A stretch of 28,453 nt of DNA, from positions 1 through 28,453 of the forward strand of contig JBDHDE010000063.1 of the NCBI GenBank assembly GCA_039591655.1, read 5' to 3'. The DNA comes from Gemmatimonadota bacterium (GTDB taxonomy: Bacteria; Gemmatimonadota; Gemmatimonadetes; Gemmatimonadales; GWC2-71-9). The translations under genes and the position numbers were made by a program. The notes under the pieces were generated by a model. That model was not told the DNA's origin. It saw nothing but the letters and a program-made list of their open reading frames with translations, and made no database searches. Below are positions 18,603-27,582 of this stretch, in pieces. Position 1 is the first letter of the stretch. The number at the start of each line of letters is the position of its first letter.

Positions 18603-20218
18603 ACCACCCCCTCGGGGGACCAGGCGCTGAGCGCCGCGGAGCAGGCCTCCTCTTCCCTCTCCCACCGGGCGCCATCCCACCCCAGCTCCTGTTGGAACAG
18701 GGGGCGGAGCAACGGCATCAGTTCCCGCGCCAGGGCGGGCTCCCACAGGCCGACCCGCGCGCGCCGCAGCAGGAGATCCTCGAGCCTCAGGACGGCGCCG
18801 AATGTGAGGTGTACCCGGACCTCCGCCGCCGAGAGATCTGTGCCGGCGATGAGCGGATCGAGCTCCTTCGGACTCCGGGCAAGGCGCGGGGCCCACCACG
18901 CCCAGGACCGGAGCCTCCGGGCCATGGCCCCCGCCACTAGGTGCAGCATGTCATGCTCCTGTTGGAGGGCGGCCTCGAGATCGGGAGGCGCCACACCGAC
19001 CAGCGACGTGCCCTCGGTGTAGCACGGCGCCGCCCGGTCTACCCGTTCCTCGGGCAGGTACTTGAGGGCTTCGTCCACGACCTCTTCCGCCGTAACGCGC
19101 CAGGTCGTGAGCTTCCCCCCGGCCACCGTCAGCATCCCCTTCTCCTCCCAGATGTCCTCCTCGCGGCTCGCCTCCGAGGGGTTCTCGGCGTGCGTGTCCA
19201 GGATGGGCCGCAGGCCGGCGAAGGCGCCGACCACATCCCCTTCTGCCACGGCATTGCCCGGGAACTGGGACTGCACCGCCCGCAGCAGATACGTGACCTC
19301 GGCACGGGTGGCTCGAGGATCGTCGAGGGAGCCCTCGTGATAGATGTCCGTCGTGCCCACCAGCACGCCTTCCGGGTGGGGAATGAGAAAGACGGGACGA
19401 CCGTCGTCAGGGGAAGGGATGGTGACCGCCGAGCGCAGCGGCAGCTTGGCGCTGGGCAGGATGATGTGTGAGCCCCGGGAGGGGCGCACCCGTTGGCCCG
19501 GAATGCCGAAGGCGTCGCGCAGCGCGTCGACCCACACCCCGGAGGCGTTGACCACCAGGTGCGCCCGGGCGCGGCACGTCTCGCCGCTCTCCTGGTCACG
19601 CAGGACCACACCGCTGATGCGCCCGTCCGCACCCGTGATCGGCTCGATCACCTCCGCCCGGGTGAGAACGACACCACCGTATGCGTAACCGGTGGCGGCC
19701 ACCGCCAGCGTGAACACGGCATCGTCGGTCATCGCGTCGGTGTAGGCCATGGCCCGGTCCAGCCCCTCGAGCTTGAGTCCTGGGGTCATCTCGTGCACCT
19801 GCTGTGGCCCGAGGTGGGTGTGCTTCTCGGGCCGGTTGGTCAGCCGATCGTACATCCAGAGGCCGAGGTCCACCTTCCAGCCGCTGGTGGAGTCCTCCTC
19901 ATGGGCCGGGTAGAGAAAGCGAATCGGCCGCACGAGGTGGGGGTTGAGCACCACCATGCGGTCACGTTCGCGGCAGGCGAGGCGGGTGATCCGGAAGTGC
20001 ATCTGCCTGAGGTAGCGCAGGCCGCCGTGGATCAGCTTGGATGAGCGGGACGAGGTGCCCGAAGCGATGTCGTGCCGCTCCACGAGCAGCACGCGGAGGC
20101 CCCGCTGGGCGGCGTCCAACAGGATGCCGGCGCCGGTGATGCCGCCGCCGATGACGATGAGATCGAACGTGTCGTCGAGTTGCGAGAGTGCCATGTCGCG
20201 CCACCGTGGGTGAAACAT
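18599..20218 (-). CDS. glpD: FAD-dependent glycerol-3-phosphate dehydrogenase/oxidase
   Basis: DLIVIGGGITGAG, ASGTSSRSSKLIHGGLRYL, VVNASGVWVD, RGSHI, VGTTD, FAGLRP, SRE, GGKLTTWR. Confidence 0.88.
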   Translation of the reverse strand: MFHPRWRDMALSQLDDTFDLIVIGGGITGAGILLDAAQRGLRVLLVERHDIASGTSSRSSKLIHGGLRYLRQMHFRITRLACRERDRMVVLNPHLVRPIRFLYPAHEEDSTSGWKVDLGLWMYDRLTNRPEKHTHLGPQQVHEMTPGLKLEGLDRAMAYTDAMTDDAVFTLAVAATGYAYGGVVLTRAEVIEPITGADGRISGVVLRDQESGETCRARAHLVVNASGVWVDALRDAFGIPGQRVRPSRGSHIILPSAKLPLRSAVTIPSPDDGRPVFLIPHPEGVLVGTTDIYHEGSLDDPRATRAEVTYLLRAVQSQFPGNAVAEGDVVGAFAGLRPILDTHAENPSEASREEDIWEEKGMLTVAGGKLTTWRVTAEEVVDEALKYLPEERVDRAAPCYTEGTSLVGVAPPDLEAALQQEHDMLHLVAGAMARRLRSWAWWAPRLARSPKELDPLIAGTDLSAAEVRVHLTFGAVLRLEDLLLRRARVGLWEPALARELMPLLRPLFQQELGWDGARWEREEEACSAALSAWSPEGVV

Positions 20219-20220
20219 CG

Positions 20221-21852
20221 TCAGGCCTCCAGCCGGTCGATCGGATCGAGCAGCACGTGGGGGTTGAGAATGCCGAGAGGATCGAGGGTGGCCGCGGCCG
20301 CTCCCAGGAGCCTGATCCCCGCCGACCCCACTTCGCGCTCGAGCCAGGGCGCGTGCCAGCTCCCGACACCGTGGTGGTGACTCAGCGTTCCGCCACCCGC
20401 CACTACTGCCTCCGTCGCCACCCGCTTGATGATGGCCCACCGGGCGATTGCGGCCTCGGGGTCCGCCGGGCAGCGGAAGAACACCGTGAAGTAGAGCGAG
20501 GCCCCATCGAGGTACGGGTGAGAGGCGTGGCACAGCACCGCCACGCGCTCGCCATCCCTCTCGAGGGCCGAGTCCAGTGCCTGCCTCACGGCGCGGGCGA
20601 GCGCGGCCAGGCGCGACCAAGGCGCAGCGGTCTCCAGCGTGTCGGTGGCGATTCCCAGATCGAGCAGGGCGTCACGCAGGTAGGGATGCCGAAAGCGGTC
20701 CTTGAGCCACTGCCGACCCGGGCTCCGCCCCAGGCCCACTCCGCCGTAGCGCCGCAGGAGGCGGCGGACCTGTGCCAGGGCGCGACGCACCGCGCGCACC
20801 CTTCCCGCCGCACCGCTGAGCAGCAGGCAGCCACCTCGTGCCACGCCCTGCCACGCGAGCCACCGCCGGGCGAGAGGTGCGAGAACGGGACGGTGCGCCA
20901 TCCCGAGGGTCAGGGCGACCTCCGTCTCCGCCGCGTCGGAGAGCCGCAGGAGGGTGAGAGGTAGGCCCACTCGGAGGACCTCCGCCGCTGCCGCCAGCCC
21001 CTGATCCCACGAGGGCAGCATCGTGCCGATCACCTGCTGCACCGGCGGCTGCGGCCGCACCCGCACGGTAGCTCGGGTCACGACCCCGAGGCGGCCCTCA
21101 CTTCCCAGCACCAGCTCCCGCAGGTCCGGGCCGGCGGCACTGGCCGGCTGCGCGGGAATCCGCAGACGGCCCGCCGGCGCCACGAGATCCAGGCCAGCGA
21201 CCAGGTCGTCGATGGACCCGTATCCCAGGGACTCCTGCCCGGACGAGCGCGTCACGATCCAGCCCCCCAGGGTGGAAAGCTCCCAGGATTGCGGGAAATG
21301 GCCGACGGTGAGCAGATGCGGACCCAGGGCTCCCTCCAACAGGGGGCCCGAGGTGCCTGCCCCGAAAGTGGCGAGCCCCGATTCCCGGTCCAGGTCGACG
21401 AGGCCGCTCATCCGCTCCAGGCTCAGGACGACCGTAGGCTGCCGGGTCGGCATCGTCGTGACGCCGCCGGTGACTGAGGTGCCGCCGCCCCAGGGAATCA
21501 CCTGGACACCGTTCTCCGCACAGCAGCGCAGAATGACCTCGACCTGTTCGTCACCGGTGGGTCGCAGCACTGCGTCGGGGGCGGCCGGCAGCGCCCCGGT
21601 GCGCAGCCGGACCAGATCGGTGATGCCCTGTCCCCTGGAGTGCGCCAGCCGGTCCTGCGGGTCCTGGGACACCGGCACGGCGAGTGCCGGCAGCCGCTGG
21701 GGAGGCGGGACGCTCACGGCGGAAGGGTCGATGCCCCTGAGCGGAGTGGTTTCCCCCAGCCGCTCCGCGAGCCAGGCGAGCAGCTCTGGGGAGGGCGGGT
21801 AGCGCTCGCCCTCGAAGCCCCAACCCCCGATCCGCCGCTGCAGTAGATCCAC
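20221..21852 (-). CDS. FAD-binding oxidoreductase, alkyl-dihydroxyacetonephosphate synthase (AGPS/ADPS)-like
   Basis: N-terminal GWG; PDAVLRP; IPWGGGTSV; GHFPQSWELSTLGGWIVTRSSGQ; GPDLRELVLGSEGRLGVVT; DTLETA; HASHPYLDGASLYFT; LSHHHGVG; LDPLGILNP. GTG start. Confidence 0.85.
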   Translation of the reverse strand: MDLLQRRIGGWGFEGERYPPSPELLAWLAERLGETTPLRGIDPSAVSVPPPQRLPALAVPVSQDPQDRLAHSRGQGITDLVRLRTGALPAAPDAVLRPTGDEQVEVILRCCAENGVQVIPWGGGTSVTGGVTTMPTRQPTVVLSLERMSGLVDLDRESGLATFGAGTSGPLLEGALGPHLLTVGHFPQSWELSTLGGWIVTRSSGQESLGYGSIDDLVAGLDLVAPAGRLRIPAQPASAAGPDLRELVLGSEGRLGVVTRATVRVRPQPPVQQVIGTMLPSWDQGLAAAAEVLRVGLPLTLLRLSDAAETEVALTLGMAHRPVLAPLARRWLAWQGVARGGCLLLSGAAGRVRAVRRALAQVRRLLRRYGGVGLGRSPGRQWLKDRFRHPYLRDALLDLGIATDTLETAAPWSRLAALARAVRQALDSALERDGERVAVLCHASHPYLDGASLYFTVFFRCPADPEAAIARWAIIKRVATEAVVAGGGTLSHHHGVGSWHAPWLEREVGSAGIRLLGAAAATLDPLGILNPHVLLDPIDRLEA

Positions 21853-22007
21853 CGAGGCCTCCCGCCAACCGGTACCGGCAAATCTACGGGTCGCGGCACC
21901 GCCTGGGGCAGGGTCCGGCCCGGACGCATCCTTCCCGGGCCCTTAAGCGTTTTGTCACCGTGGGGCATCTAATCCGGTGACCGGATCCCACCACGGGGAG
22001 CGCTCTC

Positions 22008-22958
22008 ATGAAGGACCATCACATCGCCCTGCTGGTCGTCGGCGGCACCCTCTGGGCTTTCGGGCTCTGGGTGACGTCGACGTACGACTCCCATCGTGAC
22101 GCAGCGTCACACCGCCACGCCCACGAGTCCGACTGCTGTGACGATCAGCAGCACCGCAGCTTCCTGGTGCTCGAGCGGCAGCTGGAGGTACGCCCCGGCG
22201 GTCGCCTGCTGGTGGACGTGCACGACGCCGACGTCCAGGTGACGACCGGCGGCGGTGGGACCGCCACGGTGAAGGTCTACGCCAGCGCCCGTGACGAAGA
22301 ATGGGGACGCAGCGTCGTCGAGCGCATGCAGTTCGCCATCGACACCGAGGGCAGCGACCTCTTCATCGAGGCGGACGATCCACATATCGAGGACCGGGAG
22401 TGGAGCCGCAACAGGGGGGTCGGCGTAGAGGTGCGGGTCACGATCCCCACCCGATTCGACGCCGACATCCGCTCGGGCGACGGAGATATCTCGCTGGGCG
22501 ATCTCGAAGGCCGGGTCAATATCCACTCATCGGACGGGGATCTTCAACTCGGTACTCTCAAGGGCCCCGAGATCAAGCTGCGCACCTCGGACGGCGATGT
22601 GTACGCCGCCGGTCTCGAGGCGCCGGCCATTAGCCTTCACACCAGCGACGGTGACGTGGAGGCGCGCCGTGTTACCGGGGCGCTGGAGGCCGCTTCCGGA
22701 GACGGGGACATCACCGTGCGGCTCCAGGCGGCCCGGGAGACCCGGATCCGCACCGGCGACGGCGATGTGACCGTGTATGTTGCTGGCTCCCTCGGCTTCG
22801 AGCTGGATCTCAGGGCAGAGGACATCTACCTGGGCTCTGGCTTCCAGCTCGATGGGAGCCGTGGCTCCGGGTACGTCCGGGGCCCCGTCAACGGCGGCGG
22901 ACCGGTGCTGGCTGTGCGCACCTCGGACGGGACCGTCCGGCTCCGAACGGGCGGCTAG
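22008..22958 (+). CDS. DUF4097 family beta-strand repeat protein
   Basis: N-terminal TM segment; repeated (T/S)(S/G)DGD(I/V/L) units; ends GPVNGGGPVLAVRTSDGTV. Confidence 0.85.
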   Translation: MKDHHIALLVVGGTLWAFGLWVTSTYDSHRDAASHRHAHESDCCDDQQHRSFLVLERQLEVRPGGRLLVDVHDADVQVTTGGGGTATVKVYASARDEEWGRSVVERMQFAIDTEGSDLFIEADDPHIEDREWSRNRGVGVEVRVTIPTRFDADIRSGDGDISLGDLEGRVNIHSSDGDLQLGTLKGPEIKLRTSDGDVYAAGLEAPAISLHTSDGDVEARRVTGALEAASGDGDITVRLQAARETRIRTGDGDVTVYVAGSLGFELDLRAEDIYLGSGFQLDGSRGSGYVRGPVNGGGPVLAVRTSDGTVRLRTGG

Positions 22959-22979
22959 CGCCGAGCTGAGACCGGCACG

Positions 22980-23011
22980 ACGGGCGGATCCGGGGTATGC
23001 GATCCGCCCGT
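22980..23011 (+). terminator. Stem-loop after the DUF4097 gene
   Basis: 11-bp inverted repeat ACGGGCGGATC-N10-GATCCGCCCGT, 21 bp after the stop. Confidence 0.5.
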
Positions 23012-23094
23012 ATTGCATGGGGGCTTCTGGACACCCTTCCGTCGCCTATCTTTGGCAGCTACCGGGAGCCGGAGGCTGGAACCAACTCCGGCGG

Positions 23095-23500
23095 CGGCAC
23101 CGCCGACGATATCGAGGGGGGTGGGGCCGGCTACCTCCAGCTCATCGGATCGCGCCGGCTGTCCACGGAGCTCGGCGACTTGGCAGAGGCGGTGAATACC
23201 CAGGGCACGCACGGCATGCAGTTCGACTACCGGTTCGACGCACCGGGCCACCCCTCCAACTACTACTGCCGCAGCGACCACTACATGTACGCCCGCTTCG
23301 GGATCCCCATCGTCTTCTTCACGACGGGGAACCATCGCGACTACCACCAGGTGACCGACGAGGTGCAGTACATCGACTATCAGCAGCTGGCGCAGGTGGG
23401 CAACTTCGTCTATGACGTTGCACTCGCCGTGGCGAACCTGGACCACCGCCTCGTCGTGGACCAGCCGAAGCCCGACCCGAACGCGCCGCGCCAACAGTAG
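23095..23500 (+). pseudogene. C-terminal remnant of an M28 family aminopeptidase
   Basis: G.ADDIEGGGAGYLQLIGSRRLSTELG...YYCRSDHYMYARFGIPIVFFTTGNHRDYHQVTDEVQYIDY matches M28 C-terminal motifs (RSDH, DYH..TD). The upstream GAHxD, NGADD, GEE and NxDM motifs are absent. Confidence 0.75.
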
Positions 23501-23552
23501 CCCAGGCCCGGGTCAGAGCGTAGCTTTACGCAATCCCAGCCGGCGGGACGAG

Positions 23553-23840
23553 ATGGCCACTGAGCACTACCTGGCGGTGGACAAGGTCCACGATACCGAC
23601 GCCGTGATCCTCGACGATCACGGACGGGCGTTCACGGTGCCCCTCGACCAACTGCCCAAGGGACTCACCGAGCGTGCAGTGCTGCGGGTCATGGTTGACG
23701 ACGCCGGCGATCCCGACTGGTCGTCGGCCAGTCTCGACACGCCCGAGACGAACCGGCGCAAGCGGCTCTCCGCGGAGCTCACTGACAAGCTCAGGGAGGC
23801 CGACGAGCACGGCTTCCTGCACCCCGAAGAGGACGGCTGA
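23553..23840 (+). CDS. DUF3006-like small protein
   Basis: MATEHYLAVDKVHDTDAVILDDHGRAFTVPLDQLPKGLTERAVLRV...LDTPETNRRK fits the DUF3006 pattern (VD..AVL..VP..LP..E..VL..D..ET..R). Confidence 0.7.
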   Translation: MATEHYLAVDKVHDTDAVILDDHGRAFTVPLDQLPKGLTERAVLRVMVDDAGDPDWSSASLDTPETNRRKRLSAELTDKLREADEHGFLHPEEDG

Positions 23841-23916
23841 TCGACCGGAGCGATACCAGGTAGTCCCGCCTGCCATCGCCGCTCAGCTTGCTGAGCGGCG
23901 TTCTCATTCCGGCGGG

Positions 23917-25029
23917 TTAGTGAACCGCACCACCTCCAGCGGTCGGCCCCACGTCCGGGAGCGGCGTCTCCGCCGTTTGCGGCGGCAGCACCGGATACTC
24001 CACGCTGGGCTGCACTCCCGTGAGCGTCGCAAGGAAGGCCACGACCAGGGCCTTCTCCTGCTGCGTGAGGGCCGCGCCAAGTTGCGCTGTCCCCATGACG
24101 CTGACGGCCTCGCCGAGCCCCCACACCGCCCCCGAGTGGAAGTACGGCGGCGTTAGCGAGACGTTGCGCAGCGTAGGGGCCTTGAACACGTACTCGTCCT
24201 GCGCGGAACGAGTGACGGTGTAGCGACCCTTGTCAGCGGGCGGGAGGATGTCGGCCCCGGGCTGCTGCACCAGACCGAACGGGTAGTATGCGCCACCGCC
24301 AACGTTCACGCCGTTGTGGCAGCCGGCGCAACCCTTCTGCACGAACACGCTGAGACCCTCTTTCTCCCCAACGGTGAGGGCATCCTCGTCGCCGCGCAGG
24401 TACTCATCGAACCGCGAGTCCGGAGTGACCAGGGTAGCCTCGAATGCCTCGATGGCCCTGGCCATGTTCTCGAAGCTCACCGGATCCGCGTCGTCGGGGA
24501 AGGACCTCTCGAACCGCTCCACATATTCCGGGATGCTCTTCAGCGTACGGATGACGCGCTCCGGCGTACTGGCCATCTCGACGGCGGCCTGTACCGGACC
24601 CTTTGCCTGCTCCTTGAGATCTTCCGCCCGGCCGTCCCAGAACTGCGCCACATTGTAGACCGCGTTGAACACCGTGGGGGCATTCCGCGGGCCCTGCTGC
24701 CACCCGTGCCCCACTGAGGTCTCCAGCAGGTCGACGCCACCCAGTCCCAGGTTGTGGCAGGTGTTGCAGCTGATGAGCCAGCTCTGGGAGAGCCTGGGGT
24801 CCATGTAGAGCATCTTGCCCAGCTCGACCTTGTCGGGTGTGATGGGATTACCGTCCAGGGTCGGGTGAGCCTTGGGTATCGGCTCGAACATCTCGAGTGA
24901 GGCCGACGTCAACCGAATCCCGCCGAACTCCTCGGCCTCCTCCACTGGAGGGGCCTGCTGACAGGCCACGAGCCCGAGCGCGACCGCCACCGCCGCCCCA
25001 GCGCACCCACCAAACGCGATTCTGCGCAT
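23917..25029 (-). CDS. ccp: Diheme cytochrome c peroxidase (lipoprotein)
   Basis: Lipobox GLVAC; two heme motifs CNTCH and CAGCH; RNAPTVFNA, QFWDGRA, VEM, FKAPTLRNV, PPYFHSG, MGTAQLG; GGAGG RBS. Confidence 0.92.
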   Translation of the reverse strand: MRRIAFGGCAGAAVAVALGLVACQQAPPVEEAEEFGGIRLTSASLEMFEPIPKAHPTLDGNPITPDKVELGKMLYMDPRLSQSWLISCNTCHNLGLGGVDLLETSVGHGWQQGPRNAPTVFNAVYNVAQFWDGRAEDLKEQAKGPVQAAVEMASTPERVIRTLKSIPEYVERFERSFPDDADPVSFENMARAIEAFEATLVTPDSRFDEYLRGDEDALTVGEKEGLSVFVQKGCAGCHNGVNVGGGAYYPFGLVQQPGADILPPADKGRYTVTRSAQDEYVFKAPTLRNVSLTPPYFHSGAVWGLGEAVSVMGTAQLGAALTQQEKALVVAFLATLTGVQPSVEYPVLPPQTAETPLPDVGPTAGGGAVH

Positions 25030-25061
25030 GTGGTCACTCCTCCATGTGTCGACTCTCCGCC

Positions 25062-25757
25062 TCATTCAGGCCGTCCCAGCGGCATGAGCCCCAGGGGGTG
25101 CTCCGCCGCCGGGAGCCCTAGTATTTGCTTCACCTGGCTGTCCTGGAAGGCACCCACGAACGTGGTACCCAGACCGAGCGCGGCAGCCTGCAGATAGACG
25201 TTCTGCGCGGCATGCCCCACCTCCATGTGCACGTACTTGCGGCCCCGCTCACCGTACTTCCCGGTGGTGCGTGCGTAGACCGCGGCGACCACGAGCGTCA
25301 CCGCCGCTTCCCGCATCCAGGTCTGCCGCACCGCTACGTTCGCCAGCTGGGAGCGATGGTCGCCGGCCCCCACGACGGCGAGCTCGTGCCTCCCCGGTTG
25401 GTAATGGTAGACCCCCACGGGTAATCCCTCGACGCTCCCCACCACGGCGTAGAGTTCCAGCGGATAGAGGGCTCCGGCCGATGGCGCCGTGCGTCCCGGC
25501 GGCGCCCCGCGTTCCCCAGTGCGTCGGTTGATGCCCTGTGCCGCCCACAGCACCTGGCCCAGCTCGCCCAAGGTGAGAGCTTGATCGGTGAAATCCCGTA
25601 TCGACTGCCGCGCCTGGAGCGCGGCCTCTACGGATACGGGTCCCTCCAACTTCGGGGCGGGAAGCCGAATGCGCTGATCCTGACCCACGGCGGTGTGACC
25701 GGTTGCGACCTGCAATGTGAGCGCCAATGCGAGGGACACTAGCGCAGGGGATCTCAT
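25062..25757 (-). CDS. SagB/ThcOx-like nitroreductase-fold flavoprotein with predicted signal peptide
   Basis: LPAP...SVEAALQARQSIRDF, LWAAQG, RTAPSAGALYPLELY, KYGERG..YVHMEVGHAAQNVYLQA, GAF.D. Confidence 0.88.
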   Translation of the reverse strand: MRSPALVSLALALTLQVATGHTAVGQDQRIRLPAPKLEGPVSVEAALQARQSIRDFTDQALTLGELGQVLWAAQGINRRTGERGAPPGRTAPSAGALYPLELYAVVGSVEGLPVGVYHYQPGRHELAVVGAGDHRSQLANVAVRQTWMREAAVTLVVAAVYARTTGKYGERGRKYVHMEVGHAAQNVYLQAAALGLGTTFVGAFQDSQVKQILGLPAAEHPLGLMPLGRPE

Positions 25758-25786
25758 GGTGCCGATCGGTGCAGGCTGTGACGGTG

Positions 25787-25966
25787 CTACGACGGGACGA
25801 TGGGAAAGTCGGTCCCCTCGTTCTCTTCCTGCTCCAGCTCCTGCAGCAGGCAGTTCACCGTTTGCTCGACGAGGGTCTCGACCTCGACACCACGGCGCCT
25901 CGCTTCACCCTCGTAGGAGTGATACGCCTCGTCACTGAGTGCCGCCCAGACTCGCACCTTCCGCAT
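25787..25966 (-). CDS. Small hypothetical protein (59 aa), ribbon-helix-helix-like
   Basis: Strong AGGAGG RBS; co-oriented, with 29-31 bp gaps to both neighbours; sequence MRKVRVWAALSDEAYHSYEGEARRRGVEVETLVEQTVNCLL. Confidence 0.65.
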   Translation of the reverse strand: MRKVRVWAALSDEAYHSYEGEARRRGVEVETLVEQTVNCLLQELEQEENEGTDFPIVPS

Positions 25967-25997
25967 GCGATTCCTCCTAACCACGACCGGCGACTGC

Positions 25998-26390
25998 CTA
26001 CCCGACCGGTACCCCCTTGTGGCCGTAACATAGGATGCCGCCGTGTCCCTCCTTGCGGATCAACCGGAACTCGAGCTCCACTTCGGTGCCCGGCTTCACC
26101 TCCGCCGGATCGCAGTCCACCACCTGGATCATGAATCGGGCGCCCTCCGGCGTTTCCACCACCGCCATGGCGTACGGCGCCTCCATGAGGAACTCCGTCG
26201 GGGGCACGTGGATGACCGTGGAGGTCACTACCTTCCCATGGCGGGAGAGTCGGATTGCCTTCCAGTCCTCGGCCCCGCAGGACGGACACACCCGGCGCGG
26301 CGGGTACGCCACCTTGCCGCAACCGCAGCAGCGCGACGCCTCCAGGCGGTAACGGCTGGGGATCTCTCTCCAATACCTCGGACTCGGCAT
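25998..26390 (-). CDS. DUF35 Zn-ribbon / OB-fold protein (scaffold partner of thiolase and HMG-CoA synthase)
   Basis: RYWRE..RYRL..RCCGCG...YPPRRVCPSC (two CxxC); GKVVTSTVIH; APY; GILCYGHK. Lies 3 bp downstream of the thiolase. Confidence 0.9.
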   Translation of the reverse strand: MPSPRYWREIPSRYRLEASRCCGCGKVAYPPRRVCPSCGAEDWKAIRLSRHGKVVTSTVIHVPPTEFLMEAPYAMAVVETPEGARFMIQVVDCDPAEVKPGTEVELEFRLIRKEGHGGILCYGHKGVPVG

Positions 26391-26393
26391 GGC

Positions 26394-27542
26394 TCACACC
26401 CTCTGGAAGACGTGGACCACTGAGCTGGCGCCTGAACCTCCCATGTTCTGCGCCAGGCCGACGTGAGCTTCCTTCACTTGGCGGTCTCCGGCCTCGCCCC
26501 GGAGTTGCTCGAAGATCTCGATCGTCTGCGCGATCCCGGTGGCGCCCACGGGATGGCCCTTCGACTTGAGGCCCCCGCTCGTGTTCACAGGGATCTTGCC
26601 GTCGAGAGCGGTGAAGCCCGAGCGGGCCGCCTCTCCCCCTTTGCCCCGCTCCACAAAGCACAGGGCTTCTGTGACGCAGATCTCCGCTATGGAAAAGCAG
26701 TCGTGGACCTCCGCGACCTGTACGTCCCCGGGCTTGATGCCCGCCATCTTGAATGCGCGGCCCGCCGAAAGGCTCACTGCATCGAGGAACGCCGGGTCCT
26801 GCCGGTCCGCCAGGGCCATCGAGCCCGTGGCCTGACCGCTGCCCGTGATCCGGACCGGTTGGTCGGTGAACTCCTTGGCGCGGTCGAGGGGGCAGACCAG
26901 CACCGCCGCCGCACCGTCACTCACCGGTGAGCAGTGGAGCAACCGGAGCGGTTCGGCCACCATCGAAGAGCTCATCACCTCGTCGACCGTCACCTCGCGC
27001 CGGAACTGCGCCTTGGGATTGAGTGCCCCATGTCGGTGGTTCTTCACCGACACGGCCGCCAGATCCTCCTCGGTCGTGCCGTACTCCTCCATATGGGCCC
27101 GGGCTATCATGGCGTACAGCCCCGGGAAGGTGATGCCGTGATAGGCTTCGGTCTCCTGATCGGCTGCGCTCGCGAGCACCGCCGTGACGTCCGCGCCATC
27201 GTTCATCTTCTCCACACCGGCCGCCAGCACCAGGTCGCTCGCCCCGGAAGCGACCTCGAGAAAGGCCGTCCGCAGCGCCGCGCCCCCGGAGGCGCACGCC
27301 GACTCCACACGGGTGGCGGCCACCCCAGCCATCCCCAGGTAATCGGCCATCAGCGGGCCCAGATGCTCCTGCCCGACGAACTGTCCACCCGACATGTTGC
27401 CCACATAGATGGCATCGAGGTGGTCCGCCTTGGCGCTGTGGAGCGCCTGCATCGCGGCCTCGACGAACAGATCGCGCAGGCTCGACTGCCACAGTTCGCC
27501 GAACCGGGTCATTCCAGCCGCGACGATCGCCACGTCGCGCAT
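26394..27542 (-). CDS. Archaeal-type (SCP2-like) acetyl-CoA acetyltransferase / acetoacetyl-CoA thiolase
   Basis: [25 protein letters not shown] (catalytic Cys); [46 protein letters not shown]. Confidence 0.92.
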   Translation of the reverse strand: MRDVAIVAAGMTRFGELWQSSLRDLFVEAAMQALHSAKADHLDAIYVGNMSGGQFVGQEHLGPLMADYLGMAGVAATRVESACASGGAALRTAFLEVASGASDLVLAAGVEKMNDGADVTAVLASAADQETEAYHGITFPGLYAMIARAHMEEYGTTEEDLAAVSVKNHRHGALNPKAQFRREVTVDEVMSSSMVAEPLRLLHCSPVSDGAAAVLVCPLDRAKEFTDQPVRITGSGQATGSMALADRQDPAFLDAVSLSAGRAFKMAGIKPGDVQVAEVHDCFSIAEICVTEALCFVERGKGGEAARSGFTALDGKIPVNTSGGLKSKGHPVGATGIAQTIEIFEQLRGEAGDRQVKEAHVGLAQNMGGSGASSVVHVFQRV

Positions 27543-27582
27543 CGCTACCTCCTCTCTCCCTCCACCGTCCTCTATCCGCCCG

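Noticed and set aside
18603..20620. Extended starts for the lipid kinase (18899) and GlpD (20620)
   Set aside because: The extensions overlap upstream genes. Family similarity begins at 18602 and 20218, which gives tight operon coupling.
25062..25966. Thiazole/oxazole RiPP cluster (SagB-like enzyme plus small ORF as precursor)
   Set aside because: No YcaO, E1-like protein or transporter is present. The small ORF is not Cys/Ser/Thr-rich, and the flavoprotein has a signal peptide.
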